This document shows, one piece after another, positions 34,858 through 46,409 of a DNA stretch of 64,000 nucleotides. The translations under genes were made by a program, and so were the position numbers. Source of the DNA: Felis catus (Eukaryota); assembly GCF_018350175.1 (NCBI RefSeq), contig NC_058383.1:40610001-40674000 (forward strand), given 5' to 3'. Each line of letters starts with the position of its first letter. The first letter of the stretch is position 1. The notes under the pieces are model-generated. The model saw only the letters and a program-made list of their open reading frames with translations. It had not been told where the DNA came from and did no database searches.

Positions 34858-37800
34858 CTACAGCAGGTCCCGGATGTACAAGCTGCGCCGCACGGCATTG
34901 GAGACGCCCTCCTTGAAGCGAAACCAGACGTCACTCCTGCCCACCGCTGTGCCTATGCGCCACTCGGTCGCATCTGTGTCCGGGGCCACATCTCCTGTGG
35001 AGGACGTGTGGTTGCTACTCTGCCTTGCTCCGGCCCCTCCCTTCCTCCCGTCCCTCCCCTCTCTCCCGCCACACACCTGCATTCAGGGCCGGCGCTCTCT
35101 TGATGACCACACGACCAAAAAAGTCTCTCTCGGGCTGAAGGAGGCAGGTTGGTCAGGGTCTCAGACTCCCTGCTGTGAGCAGAGGGCCCGGCGGCTGCGG
35201 GAGCAGACGCCCACCTCCCCTCCCAGCCTCCCTTCCCTTCAGCCCCTCAGAACCCGCATAGTGGCAGGAGGACACCGTAACCAGATCCAAACTGAGCCAA
35301 GTGGAACGCCCTACGCTGAGCAGCAGGGAACTGGCAGGCCCCAGGGCTGAGCACCAGCCCCGTCCCTACCCGCCTGCCCCCCACCCCCACCCCCTGCACC
35401 TGTTCCTCCAGGGCCGCTTTCTTCAGGATGCGCTCCAGCCGCAGCTCCTCGTGGCTGCGTGAGGCGGGTGGCTGCGTCGCTTTCTCCCCAGCAACCCCCT
35501 GGGGACCCTCCTCTGCCTGCAAAAACAGGTGGCGAAGGCTGACTGCGCAGGGCCACTCCAGGGACAAGGTCCCTTCCAACAGCCCTGCCCTCCTAGGCCT
35601 GGCTCTGGCCCGAAGCCCGGGCAGGCTTACCTGGTTGTTGTCCCCAGCCCGGGCCAAGGCCTCTGCCCGCCGCATCTTCTCCATTTCAATCTCGTGGGCG
35701 ATGAGCTGCTTGGCCTGGTAGGTGAGGGGCTTGCGGGCCGGCAGCTCAGGAAAGCGGCAGACCTCCTCCACATTCCTGCTCTCAGAGTTGGCACAGAGAT
35801 GTACCTGGTCAGCAGAGACAGGCAGGGGCCACCTGCCACACCAGCCCCAGACGCTGCAGGGTGGGCCCGGTCCTGGCAACACGATGCCTGAGCCCCACAG
35901 CAAGAGAAGATCACAGCAAGAGAAGATTACCTGCCCCAAGCCTCAGTTTCCCCGACTACACGTGGGCACAAGAAGGGAACCCCTTCAGGGCCACAGGATG
36001 AAGAAATGAGACAAGGCAAGGCCTGGTCTCAAGTCTGGGGCTGAGTGCTTGGAACTGTCACCACTACTGCTTCCCTGTGACTGTGACAGAGGGAGACATG
36101 CGGCTGGTGCCTCGCTGGGTAGCAGGGCCCCGGGGACTATCTCGGGATGGGGAAGCCAAGCCCTGGGGAGCTCAAGGGCCCTCTGCGGGACACTGAGGCA
36201 GCGAGAGCCTCCGCAGTAAACCTCAGACCCCAGCGCTGTGCCTGACCTGGAACACCACGCCTCACGATCACATCTGGGAAAGGCTAAGCGGGAACCGAGC
36301 CCCTGCCACTACCCCACAGACGGCAACACCGACACACGCGTCGCCGAGACCACGCTTTCAGATTCCCGGCCCAGAGACCACCACGGCACTTGGAGCCCAG
36401 CTTCCTGCCCCCGGCACCCCCGCCCCAGGTGCCGCACAGACTCACGGCTCTAGCCTGTAGACATAGTGCCCGTCGGGCATGCGCTCCTGGCGGTAGGTTA
36501 GGCTGTAGGCAAGCATGGTTCCCACAAGGCCGGCCAGCTGCTGTTTCTCACGAGTGCTGTACAGCTGTGTGCTCACCTGTGGACAGGAGGCAGGGGCAAG
36601 GGCACGGACGCTGAGCATGGCCAGGGGCCCTCCCCTATGGGCAGTCGCAACCCCGCCCTGGCTGAGGCACTCACAGGGCGCAGCTTGGGTGCAAGGATGT
36701 CCAGAAGCAGGCAGAGGACATCCAGGACGAGGGCCTGAGGTGCAGCCCGGCTGCGGGTAGCGGGCGTCAGGCCCGACACCAGCGTCTGGATGAGGTTCTG
36801 TGTCTTGCTTGTCCGGTTCTGGGCCTGGGGCAGAGAGTGAATGGGGCCTGGGTAACCCGGCGTCTCTGGGCCGGCCCCGAGCCCCGGGCTGGGTGCAGGG
36901 GCACACCTCCTGCTGGCTGCTGGGGAAGGCGATCCTCGGCACGTGGCTGGAGGCGAAGAGCAGGTGGAAGGCTGCCGGCAGGAAGGGCAGGTAGCGCAGC
37001 AACCGGAAGCTCTGGCCGTGGTGGGCGGCCCGGCTCAGCAGGTCGTCAAAGGCCAGCCAGTCGAGCGCCGCGCACACGGCACCCAGGCTGGAGTCCCGAA
37101 GCCGCAGGCGCAGGAAGTTGTCAAACAGGCCCTGGGGGTGAGCAGGTGGGTGGGCCCCGAACCCCTCCAGCCGCGGCCCCCAGCCCCCCATGTAAGCACC
37201 ACCCAACGGGAACCTCCACCTCCCACCGCCCTGCCAAATGCAGGGCCTCGGGACATCTGCAAACACCAGCAAGGGCCCGCCCCAAGACCCCAAAGACAGA
37301 GCCAAGAAGGCCCAGCCTGCCGCCCGCCCCGGTGTTCTGACCGAATCCCTGACAGACGCACAAAAGAACCCGACCTCCCTAAAGGAAGTTCCGTCGGTCA
37401 GAATCAAGGGCATAGAAGAAGCCCCACTCTCGTTCCTTGCGAGAGTCGTCTCCTTGGGCTACGGCACGACCCCTCCCCGTAACGGTTTCCAGATTTACGG
37501 ATCACCCAATAATCCAAAGCTGCTTAGTCAGGGAGGCAGCTTAGGCCGGGCTTCCCGGGGGTGGGGGGGCACCTGTGCCACCCGCCCAAACCGGAACTCC
37601 ACTCTGCCCGCTCCGCCCCACCCAGATGGATCCCGACCAGCAAATGGAGTGACCCCACTGCGCACCCGGCCCACCTCCCCACCCTGCCAGCCCACACGGG
37701 GCGTCCCCTCCTGGCACCAGCTAGTCCCTCCACCCAGGCCTCTGTCCGTTTGCTGTCATCTCTGAGAGATCTCCCCGATGCCCCACGTCCACCACCCCTC

Positions 37801-40800
37801 GCACCTATCCTGTTTCCCTGACACCATCTGAAGTGTCTCCCACCCGCTGTCTGGGGACAGACACACGGCCAGGTACTGACCCACTGGGAGCCCCCAAAAA
37901 CGTCCCCAGAGCATCATTACCTGGACCACCTTCTCGTGCTCGCCTGCAGATGCAGCCACGTGCAGGATGTGGTAGAACCGCTGGGAAGCCATGGTCAAAG
38001 GCACCTCGGCAGGACGGGGCCCCAGACCTGTGGGCCCATCGCCAAGCAGGAGCGTGTGCGGGATCAGGGCCAGGTTCTGGCCCCAGCGTTGCCTGCAGAG
38101 GGGTGCCGAGGCTGGAACGGAGCCCTGCCTCTTTATCGCTCTCGGTGGCACCTTGCCACCCAAAGCGGCCTGAGGGTCTGCTCTACTGGTCCTTAACGGG
38201 ATGGCAGGGACGCCAAGTGCCCCTGGGGCCTGGGCAGCATTCAGTCTCTGCTGGAGGCAGGGCTGGCCAGCCCGCTTACCTCTGGGCCCGGGGCAGCTGG
38301 AAGACCTCCTGCCACACGGAGAAGAGCCCCTTGCGCTGGTCCTTGAGACCCACACGAGTGGTCTGCACGACCTGCACGCTCAGCTGCCGCCGGCCCCGCC
38401 CGTGCAGGAACTGGACACAGGGTGTGCGGGGCAGTGAGAGGCAGCTGAGCCCTGCCTCCCCCGGCCGCAGCCCCTGCCCCACCTGCCCACCTGCCCACCT
38501 GCAGGGTGTTGATGCAGGCGCGGATGTCGTTGTCCGTCTTCTCACAGAGAGCCGCCAGTGCACCCGGGTCGGCCTGCATGCCCCGCCGCAGGGAGATCTG
38601 CAGGGAGGCGGGAGGGTGGGCGCTCTCTCCCCCAGAAACCCACCCCAAGGCCACCTCTTCCCGAGAACACAGGTGAATGCAGGGGAACAACAGCTACAGA
38701 CTCAGGGGCCCGGCCTCGCTCTGTGCTCGAACCATCTACTGCCAGAGGGCAAACTGGTCCAGTCACCCCCATGCCCAGTGGTCAGCTAGGGGATGGGGCC
38801 TGGATGCGAGGGGACCAGGACAGGCGCGGCGTCCCCCCACCCCATAGCTGGCCACATGGCCGCCCGGTTGCGTATTCCCCACCACAGCCCTCACCCACCT
38901 CTTGTAGCCGCTGCACGAGCCTGGAAGACAGTGTGGGCGGAAAGTGGAGAAGAAAGGCCTGCTGCCTCAGCTGCCGCAAGGAGGGCACAAACCTGTAGGG
39001 GGCAGACACGGGCACACACCCGCCCCCAAGGGCAAAGGCGGGGCGGGGGGGGGGGGGCCCTCTGCTCTCCCCCACTCACTGGTCATTGCAAATGCAGATG
39101 ACGGGCCTCATCAGGAGTCCCCCCTCAGCCCGGCGTCGCCGTCCCCCACTTGTGGGAACAGCCGGACCCCCAGACTCTGCTTCTTGCGGGCCCTTGCGAT
39201 CCAGGATGCTCAGAAGAACGTTGACGGCGGCCTGGGGTATGGGCGGAGGACACGGTGAGCCCTAGCCCGTCGCCGGCCCACCTGCCCACCCACTGGGGCG
39301 CCCAGGAGGCCCACCACAGGGGCCCCGTCGATCTCATCGATGACCAGACAGTTGGGTTTCCCGCCAGCACCCAGCACCGACTCCATCTGCGTGGCCGCCT
39401 CGATGCACGTGCGGAAGGCCTCAGGGCTGCGGTCGTCACTGGAACCAGTGAGGCCAGAGGTGGGGCCGTCAGGGGAGCGATCGGGGTCCCTGGCAGCACA
39501 GGCTCCCAGGACTGGGCCACCAGGCCTACAGCTAGAGGCTACCCTGTGACAGGACCACCCCACGTCCCAGCGAGCCCTGACAAAGCACGAACTCCACCGC
39601 CCAAGACCCCGGGACCAAGCCCCACCTCTGGCCCACCACGGTTTCGGGGGAGTCAGAACAGACGGAAGGCCTGGCACGTACCTCGCATTCAACTCCACCA
39701 CGCAGTAACCAGCTTGCCGCGCAATCACGTGAGCCAGGGTGGTCTTGCCCAGCCCCGGGGGGCCACACAGCAGCGCCACCTGCGGCCGAGACAGGTCGGA
39801 TGAAGACAGGCTACCACCCGTACCACCGCGGAACCCCTGCCCCGCCCTCGAGGCTGAAACTCCTGTCCCGTGAGGTTCGCTCCTAGGGGATGTGCCCCAA
39901 GCCCACTGTGGCGAGCACACAAGCACAGACCACACTCAGCGCGCTTGGGTTCCCGCCTACCGCTTCACAGTCAGAGACAGCGCTGCCCGAGACCAGCAGT
40001 GAGGAGATCTGACAGACGCAGATGCTGCTAGTGCAACTGACCCCCAGAAACCACCCGCTGTCGCCGTGAGCGTCCTGAAAAGGTATGCGGTCCTCCGAAA
40101 AGCAAACGTCGTCCGAGTCTTTAAAGCACACTCAAATTCCAACTCGTGTCACCGACGTTCCGTGCCAACACCCTGGCGTTATGACGCCCTCAGCCATGCA
40201 CACAGAGGCCCCCAGAGGCTGCAAGGGCGCTGGCCACCCGGAGAGCACAGCCTCCGGGCTCAGAGATGTGTGTGGCACGGCCAGGCGGGGCTCACCTTCT
40301 GCCGGGGCCGCCGGCTCGGGTCCAGGTCAGCCTCTAGCATGTCCTCTAGCACCTGCTCGTGGCTTTTCCATTTGCTGGAGGTCGCGGCCTCCTTGCCACC
40401 GCGGGCCAGCTCTAGACCGGGTCTGGGCCTCCTAGCAGGCCTCTCTCGGCCGAACACCACCAGGTCCCACAGCTTCAGCCACTTGAGGAGGCAGCGGTTA
40501 GTGAACTGCGGGACGGAAAGCGTGGCCTGGAGGAACCGCCAGCACCAAGGACTCCCCGTGCCCACCCTTCACATCAGCCTGCTGTCCCAAGCCCCGAAAG
40601 ACACACGGGAATGTGGAAGCTAAGGAACAGGTCACCCTGCCGGTGAGTGACAGAGCGAGGCTCGCACCAGGACCTCCGTCCCTACCACCCTAACTCCCTC
40701 AGGAGACCCCCACTGTCCCGTGTGTTCCAGCATCAGCTGCTGGGACAGTGGGGAAGGAAACAGGCTGCAGCCAGGGGGAGCCCCGGACCCCCAGCCCAGG

Positions 40801-42939
40801 TCGCAGGTGACTTCCAGAATGCCAGGACCCACGCTAGCCTCAGCTTCCCCACATACGGCTCCAAAGCGCAAATCCAAACCCTCTCCGCCCTCCCCAGGTC
40901 CTTCAAGCTGACAAGAACAACTTTGGGGCAACAAAAAAATCAGTCACACTTGAACGGGAACAAGAGAACGAGGTCTCACGTCATCGCTAAGAAGCTCCGT
41001 GTAGCACCGCGGTGCGAACTCATCCACCCAGAGGCAGTGCTGGGAGTCGTCTTGGCTGTCAGCCAGCTCTTCCTCAGGGGCCCCCGAAGTCTGGACCTCC
41101 TCTCCCACCTCCTCAGAGCTGAGGCTGGAGAACATCATGCCCTGAGCTGCCGGGCGAGTAGAGGGACTGCACACCCCCCACCGACTACAAGCTGGAGATC
41201 AGCAGTCCAAGAACCGGTAAGGGTCCCAGGGCTGGAAGGGCCCACCGTGTCACCTGCGAAGCGTGTCTGAGAGCTGACGGGCCTCCTCAAGCAGTTGCTG
41301 CCTCCGCTGTGCAAACAGCAGGGACGGGATCAGCGTGTCTCCAGCACGCAGTCACCCCAGAGCTACCCTTCTCCCGACAAATCCCACCTCACTGTCGACC
41401 TGCTCCTTCAGGGACGCGAAGGACACACCCAACAGGTCCAGCTGGCCACGGCCTCGCCACCAGATATCAAGGAAAGGGTTCTGTAGGGAAACGAGGACAC
41501 CCTTTGTCATCTCTCAGAACACAACCACCCACAGACCCTCTCTCGTCAGTGCTCAAGGACCCAGGTGGCATTCTCTACTGACAACAGACCAACGCAAGGA
41601 CAAACCGCTTCTCCAAACAAAAATCCTAAAGAGAAAATGCACTGGGATGGAGATAGCTCTAAAGAAAAAAGGTAAAGGTTAAAACATCAGAGAAAGGGAA
41701 AAGTGACACCACAGGAAGGGGACAGTGAAACTGGCCCTCACAAGTGGATGACTGCAGGTCACGTGAACTTCCTGAGGGGTCCCCAGGGTCTGAGGGTTGA
41801 TATGATGTCTAGGACCCTTTCCTGGACAGCACCGAGCCCGCCAACCCTGCAGGAAGGCTGTTGCCAGCCTCTCACCCCCACTTGTGGCCACACAACACTC
41901 ACCTGCACCCCTGTGCCCACGGGGTCACCTCGCAGCACCAGAAAAGCCCGGCACCCACCAGTGGAGGTCACACTGACATAGTCCTCCAGGACAGGGGGCC
42001 GCCTCAGGACAGGATTTCGAGCTGCTGGAGAGGCCTGAAGGGGACCCACGTCAGCACCAGCATCCAAGGGCCTAGGAAGGGACAGATGCTGACCTGGGGA
42101 CACTCACCTCCTGTGACCATGGCAGGAGAAACTCAGATCCACTCTTGACTATACATCCCTCCCACACACGCTCAGCCCCAAGCCTCCCAAACCCTGGGAC
42201 CCTCCCAAAATCCCTGGGGCAGCTGTGCCCCAAGCCACACACCCTTTGCCCCACAGTTCAGGGGGGATCTCTGGACTCGGTGGGGGGGTGATGTCCCCAG
42301 CAGGCGAGTCAGGAAGGGGCGGCTCTTCCATTTGCTCAGGTCTGAAGTTCAGCTTCTTCACGACTTCCAGCCTGAGCCGTTTGACCCTGGGGGCTGGGGA
42401 GAAAGTCGAAAGTTTCATAAGCTCCTGCCAAGCCTCACACCCCACCCGTATGCCTTGGGGCTCTGAGGACATACTGGGGGGCAAGGCCCCGTCCCTGGGG
42501 TCATGATCGGCCAGCTGCCTCTTCCTGGCACTGCCTTTGTAGTTCCCTGGAGGTCCGCCTGGAGAGCAATGAGTGGCAGCGTCCCGTCCAGCAACGGCCT
42601 CCTCGAATGTCAGCCGGGACCGACACACTGAGGGCCAGGGACCCCTGGAGGGCGACGGGGCGGCTGTCCCTGCCGGGAGAGAAGGTTGACAGCAGCGGCG
42701 CCAGGTCAGCCTGTACAGGCAACAGCTCCCGCGGTCGGGGGCGCTGGAGGGCCCTTCTCGCTCCAGCCTTCGGGTCCCCGCCGCCTCCCCTCCTCCGACC
42801 AGCCCTCCAGGACTAGGGGGACGAGGCCGAGGCGGGGCCCACGCCCACCTTCCAGCTCGGCCAGCACCTCGAGCTCGGCCGCAAACTGGCTGTAGAAGTC
42901 TTCCTGGCCGCCCCCCAGCTCGCGCTCGGGGTCTCCCAT
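34858..42939 (-). CDS. CHTF18: Chromosome transmission fidelity factor 18 (RFC-like clamp loader AAA+ ATPase), 22 coding exons, 979 aa
   Basis: Exons (-): 42939-42849, 42669-42475, 42393-42243, 42071-41903, 41480-41388, 41306-41254, 41124-40980, 40505-40296, 39779-39682, 39438-39315, 39231-39080, 38992-38899, 38597-38499, 38410-38280, 38092-37921, 37131-36907, 36824-36675, 36576-36446, 35775-35631, 35516-35400, 35134-35077, 34994-34858. All GT-AG and phase-consistent, 2940 nt. Walker A GPPGLGKT, VELNASDDRS, Walker B LVIDEIDG, RPVICICND, DIRACINTLQ, C-terminal VWFRFKEGVSNAVRR. Confidence 0.97.
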
Positions 42940-43450
42940 GGCGCCCGCTCCCGCTGCACCAACCCGCCGCTCCGAACCTCCCGCGCGGCCGCCCGTGCTG
43001 CGCGCCGTCCCCGCCCCTCGCGTCCCGGCGCCGCCAATCAATGGCCGGCGTGCCCGGCGGCTCTCGCCATTGGCCACCGGGAGGAGCGGGGCGGAGGCGG
43101 GGCTGCGCGCGCAGGCCGGGCGGGGCCGAGCCAGCGCCGTGGCCTCGGGCGCTCACCATTGGCCGGCACGCCCGCCTGTCTGCGACGAGGGCGGGGAGAG
43201 CGCCGGGCTGAGCAGACGCGCCGGAGTCGAAGCGGAGGTCTCGGGCGCTCACCATTGGCCCGCACGGCCGCCCGTCCGGGGCGTGCGCGGGGCGTGGGCG
43301 GGGCGTGGGCAGGGCTGCGCGCTCCGGTAGGTCCCGTGAGGCGCGGCTGCGGGGTCGCTGGGCCGCCAGGTGCGGGGACGTAGTGCTGGAGCCGGCGCTC
43401 GGCAGCTGCCTCGCGGGCCGGGGCGGCGCGGCTAAGCTGCAGGTCGGTCC
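42940..43450. promoter_or_regulatory. Bidirectional CpG-island promoter shared by CHTF18 and RPUSD1
   Basis: Head-to-head genes. CCAAT boxes at 43034-43038, 43069-43073, 43158-43162 and 43254-43258, with multiple GC boxes (GGGGCGGAG, GGGCGTGGG). Confidence 0.85.
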
Positions 43451-43946
43451 GAAGTAGGGGCGGAGCAGGCTGCGGGAAGGGCTCCCAGAACCCGTAGGCC
43501 GGTGCCCATCAGACGCGGGGGTCGGGGGCTGCCGGGGAGGATTGTATCTGCTTCGGGGCAGGGGCGGGGGGGTGAGGGCGGAGATGGCCGCCCTCGCTGG
43601 GCGCCACGGCCGCCGGGGGGGGGGTGGTGGGGGGTGTCCGGCAGCTCCTCTCTTGGCCCCTCCCCTCTCGGCAAGCGGCTCCTGTCGCGCGTTGGAGGAC
43701 TGCCCCGGAGGGGTCCGCGGGGGTGGGCTGAGGCGCGAGACTGCTTCTTCCGGGCTCTGCGTTTGGGTCGGACAACCCCACAGTCAGAGCTGAGAAGTGA
43801 GAGTAGAAAGGGATCTAGTGCGTGCGGACGCCGCGTCAGTAGCTTCACGCCGGGGACCCTGGAGAACAGGGATGTACACGCGAATTGCGCAGGACGCTGA
43901 CGTGCGCTGTACTTCCCGTGGACCCCCGTGCGTTGCAGGCGCCAGC

Positions 43947-45707
43947 ATGGAAGCAGGCCCAGTAGAGAGCCTGTCGGTGGTGTACCAGAGCCAGGATTTC
44001 CTGGTGGTGAACAAGCACTGGGACCTGCGCATCGACAGTAGGATGTGGCGTGAGACCCCCACCCTCCAGAAGCAGCTGCGCCTCCGCTTCCCCGAGTTAG
44101 CGGACCCTGACACCTACTATGGGTTCAGGTGTGCAGAGGCCAGGCACTGGTGGCCCCCAGCGGCCTCTGCGGGAGGGAAGTGGCCACCCCCAGTCTAGCC
44201 ACCCCTGATCCGCTGCCCCATGCCAGGTTCTGCCACCAGTTGGACTTCTCCACCAGCGGGGCCCTCTGTGTGGCCTTGAACAAGGCTGCAGCGGGCAGCG
44301 CTTACAAGTGCTTCAAGGAGCGCCGTGTCACCAAGGCTTACTTGGCTCTGGTAAGGCCTGACCAGTCTCCTAGGCAGGGGGTTCCCCAGAAGTGGTGGGT
44401 GGCCCCAAGAGCAGCTCGTGACCCTCTGCCTGGCAGGTACGGGGACACGTCCAGGAGAGCCGGATGACCATCAATTATGCCATCGGCAGGAACAGCACAG
44501 AGGGTCGGGCTCACACCATGTGCATCGAGGGTACACAGGGTACGCAGGCCAGGGGAGTGGGGTCTGTCAGGGGGACATCCCTGGGGACCAGTGGGAGGGG
44601 GAGGGTCATCCAGTGAGGAGCCTCAGCGGGCAGGGCCCGTGGAGACAGGTGAGCTGGGCTGGAGTGGATCGGGCCCTAGGCTGGTCCAGCCAACCTTCAC
44701 GCCCTGTCCTCCTCCTCACAGGCTGTGAGAACCCAAAGCCAAGTGTCACCGAGCTGGTGGTCTTGGAACACGGGCTGTACGCGGGCGACCCCGTCTCCAA
44801 AGTGCTGTTGCAGCCCCTCACGGGTACGTCTGGGGGCGGGGACCAGGAAGCCGTCCAGGCCCCTTTGCTGTCTGTTAACGATGTCCCTCGCGCCCCTGGC
44901 GCGGTCGATGTCTGGCACCCACGTCTCTTCACACAAGGTGCTGCGGTGTCCCTTCTGTTACGCGTGAGATGAAACGGTGGCACAGGGGCAGAGTGGCCTG
45001 CCTGGGGCCATTCCACTATCTCAGCCCCACACGGGGTCTTGCTCCTGGACGTGAGGGCCTCTGGAAGGCCGGCAGGAGTTCTCCAGCGTGCCTGGCCCTG
45101 ACCCTCCCGGCAGCGACTCTTGGAGTCGACCGCTTCTCTAAATCCCGATGTTCTCGTTTGTACCAGGAAACAGAGAGGTCTGCCGTTTTCAAGGGTTTCG
45201 TGGGGCTTCTAGACAGCGACAGGACAGGGCTGGGGCGATGTGGGGGGAGGGGAGGGGAGGGGCACGGGATGCCCTTCCCACCCTACCTGTTCCCTCGGCA
45301 CCCCCACAGGCCGGACGCACCAACTGCGCGTGCACTGCAGCGCCCTCAGTCACCCCGTCGTGGGGGACCTGACCTACGGGCAGGCGTCGGGCCGGGAAGA
45401 CCAGCCCTTCCGCATGATGCTGCACGCGTTTTACCTGCGCATCCCCACCCACACCGAGTGTGTGGAGGCCTGCACGCCAGATCCCTTCGTGCCCACGCTC
45501 GATGCCTGCTGGAGCCCCCACACCCTGGTGCGGTCACTGGACCAGCTCGTCCAGGTCCTGAGAGCTGCTCCCGACCCTGAGCCTGCGGAAGGGAGCCCCG
45601 GACCTTGCAGCACTCCCACACCCTCCACCAGGCCCCCTGAGACAGAGGCACAGCGGGCGTCGTGCCTGCAGTGGCTGTCAGAGTGGACACTGGAGCCTGA
45701 CAACTAA
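43947..45707 (+). CDS. RPUSD1: RNA pseudouridine synthase domain-containing protein 1 (RluA family), 5 coding exons, 302 aa
   Basis: Exons 43947-44128, 44227-44350, 44437-44539, 44722-44823, 45310-45707 (909 nt, phases consistent). Motifs FLVVNKH, catalytic CHQLDFSTSG, TGRTHQLRVH, HPVVGDLTY, MMLHA. Confidence 0.97.
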
Positions 45708-46403
45708 GGGCACCACGGTGGGTGGGAGCGCCAGCTGGGACCACTAGGGGTGGGGGCTTCAGGGGAGAACCCTAGGCCCGTCCCAAGTCGGGGGTGTCCC
45801 TGTGTGCGGCGCCCCTGCGGACAGGGACCGAATCCCCTGGCTGTGGCAGCTAGACCTGGAGAGGGGCCGCAAGGCCAGCAGGGGGAGCCAGGCCGCCACG
45901 ATTCTGGAGGATGAGGCCTTCCTCCAAGACCCTCTCCCCCAGGGGAAACCAAGGCCTGCCTTCCCGGCTCCAAAGCTTCATCCCTCGTGGCTTGTTTTTG
46001 TAAATTTGCCCAAGGTCTCCCTGCAAGAGGCAGAGGCAAGAGCTGAGACAGCCTCAGGTTGGATCCCTCTGGGGCCCCCAGCCCGGGCCTCAGAGCACCT
46101 GGTCCTCACCGTTCTCAGAGGTCCTGTGTTGGTCAGCCTAGCCGGGCTGGGCCTCCCCTCTTGCAGACCCTGACCCATCCTGCCCGTGATACTGCCTTGT
46201 GCCTTTGCTTCTACCAGACTCTGCCCGTGGGCCCCCTCCTACCCAGATGGCTTGTGGGGAGGGTCTGAGCCACGCCTCTCGACCCTCTCACAATGCCTAG
46301 GCAGCCAGCAGTCCCGGATTTGGGCTTGGGAGTGAGGACGACCAGCCCCCATCCCCGGTAACACAGCCCCATCAGCCTCCTTGCAGCTGAGCGTCAGGGA
46401 CTC

Positions 46404-46409
46404 AATAAA
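46404..46409 (+). terminator. Polyadenylation signal AATAAA of RPUSD1
   Basis: First AATAAA downstream of the RPUSD1 stop (~700 nt 3' UTR). Confidence 0.75.
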
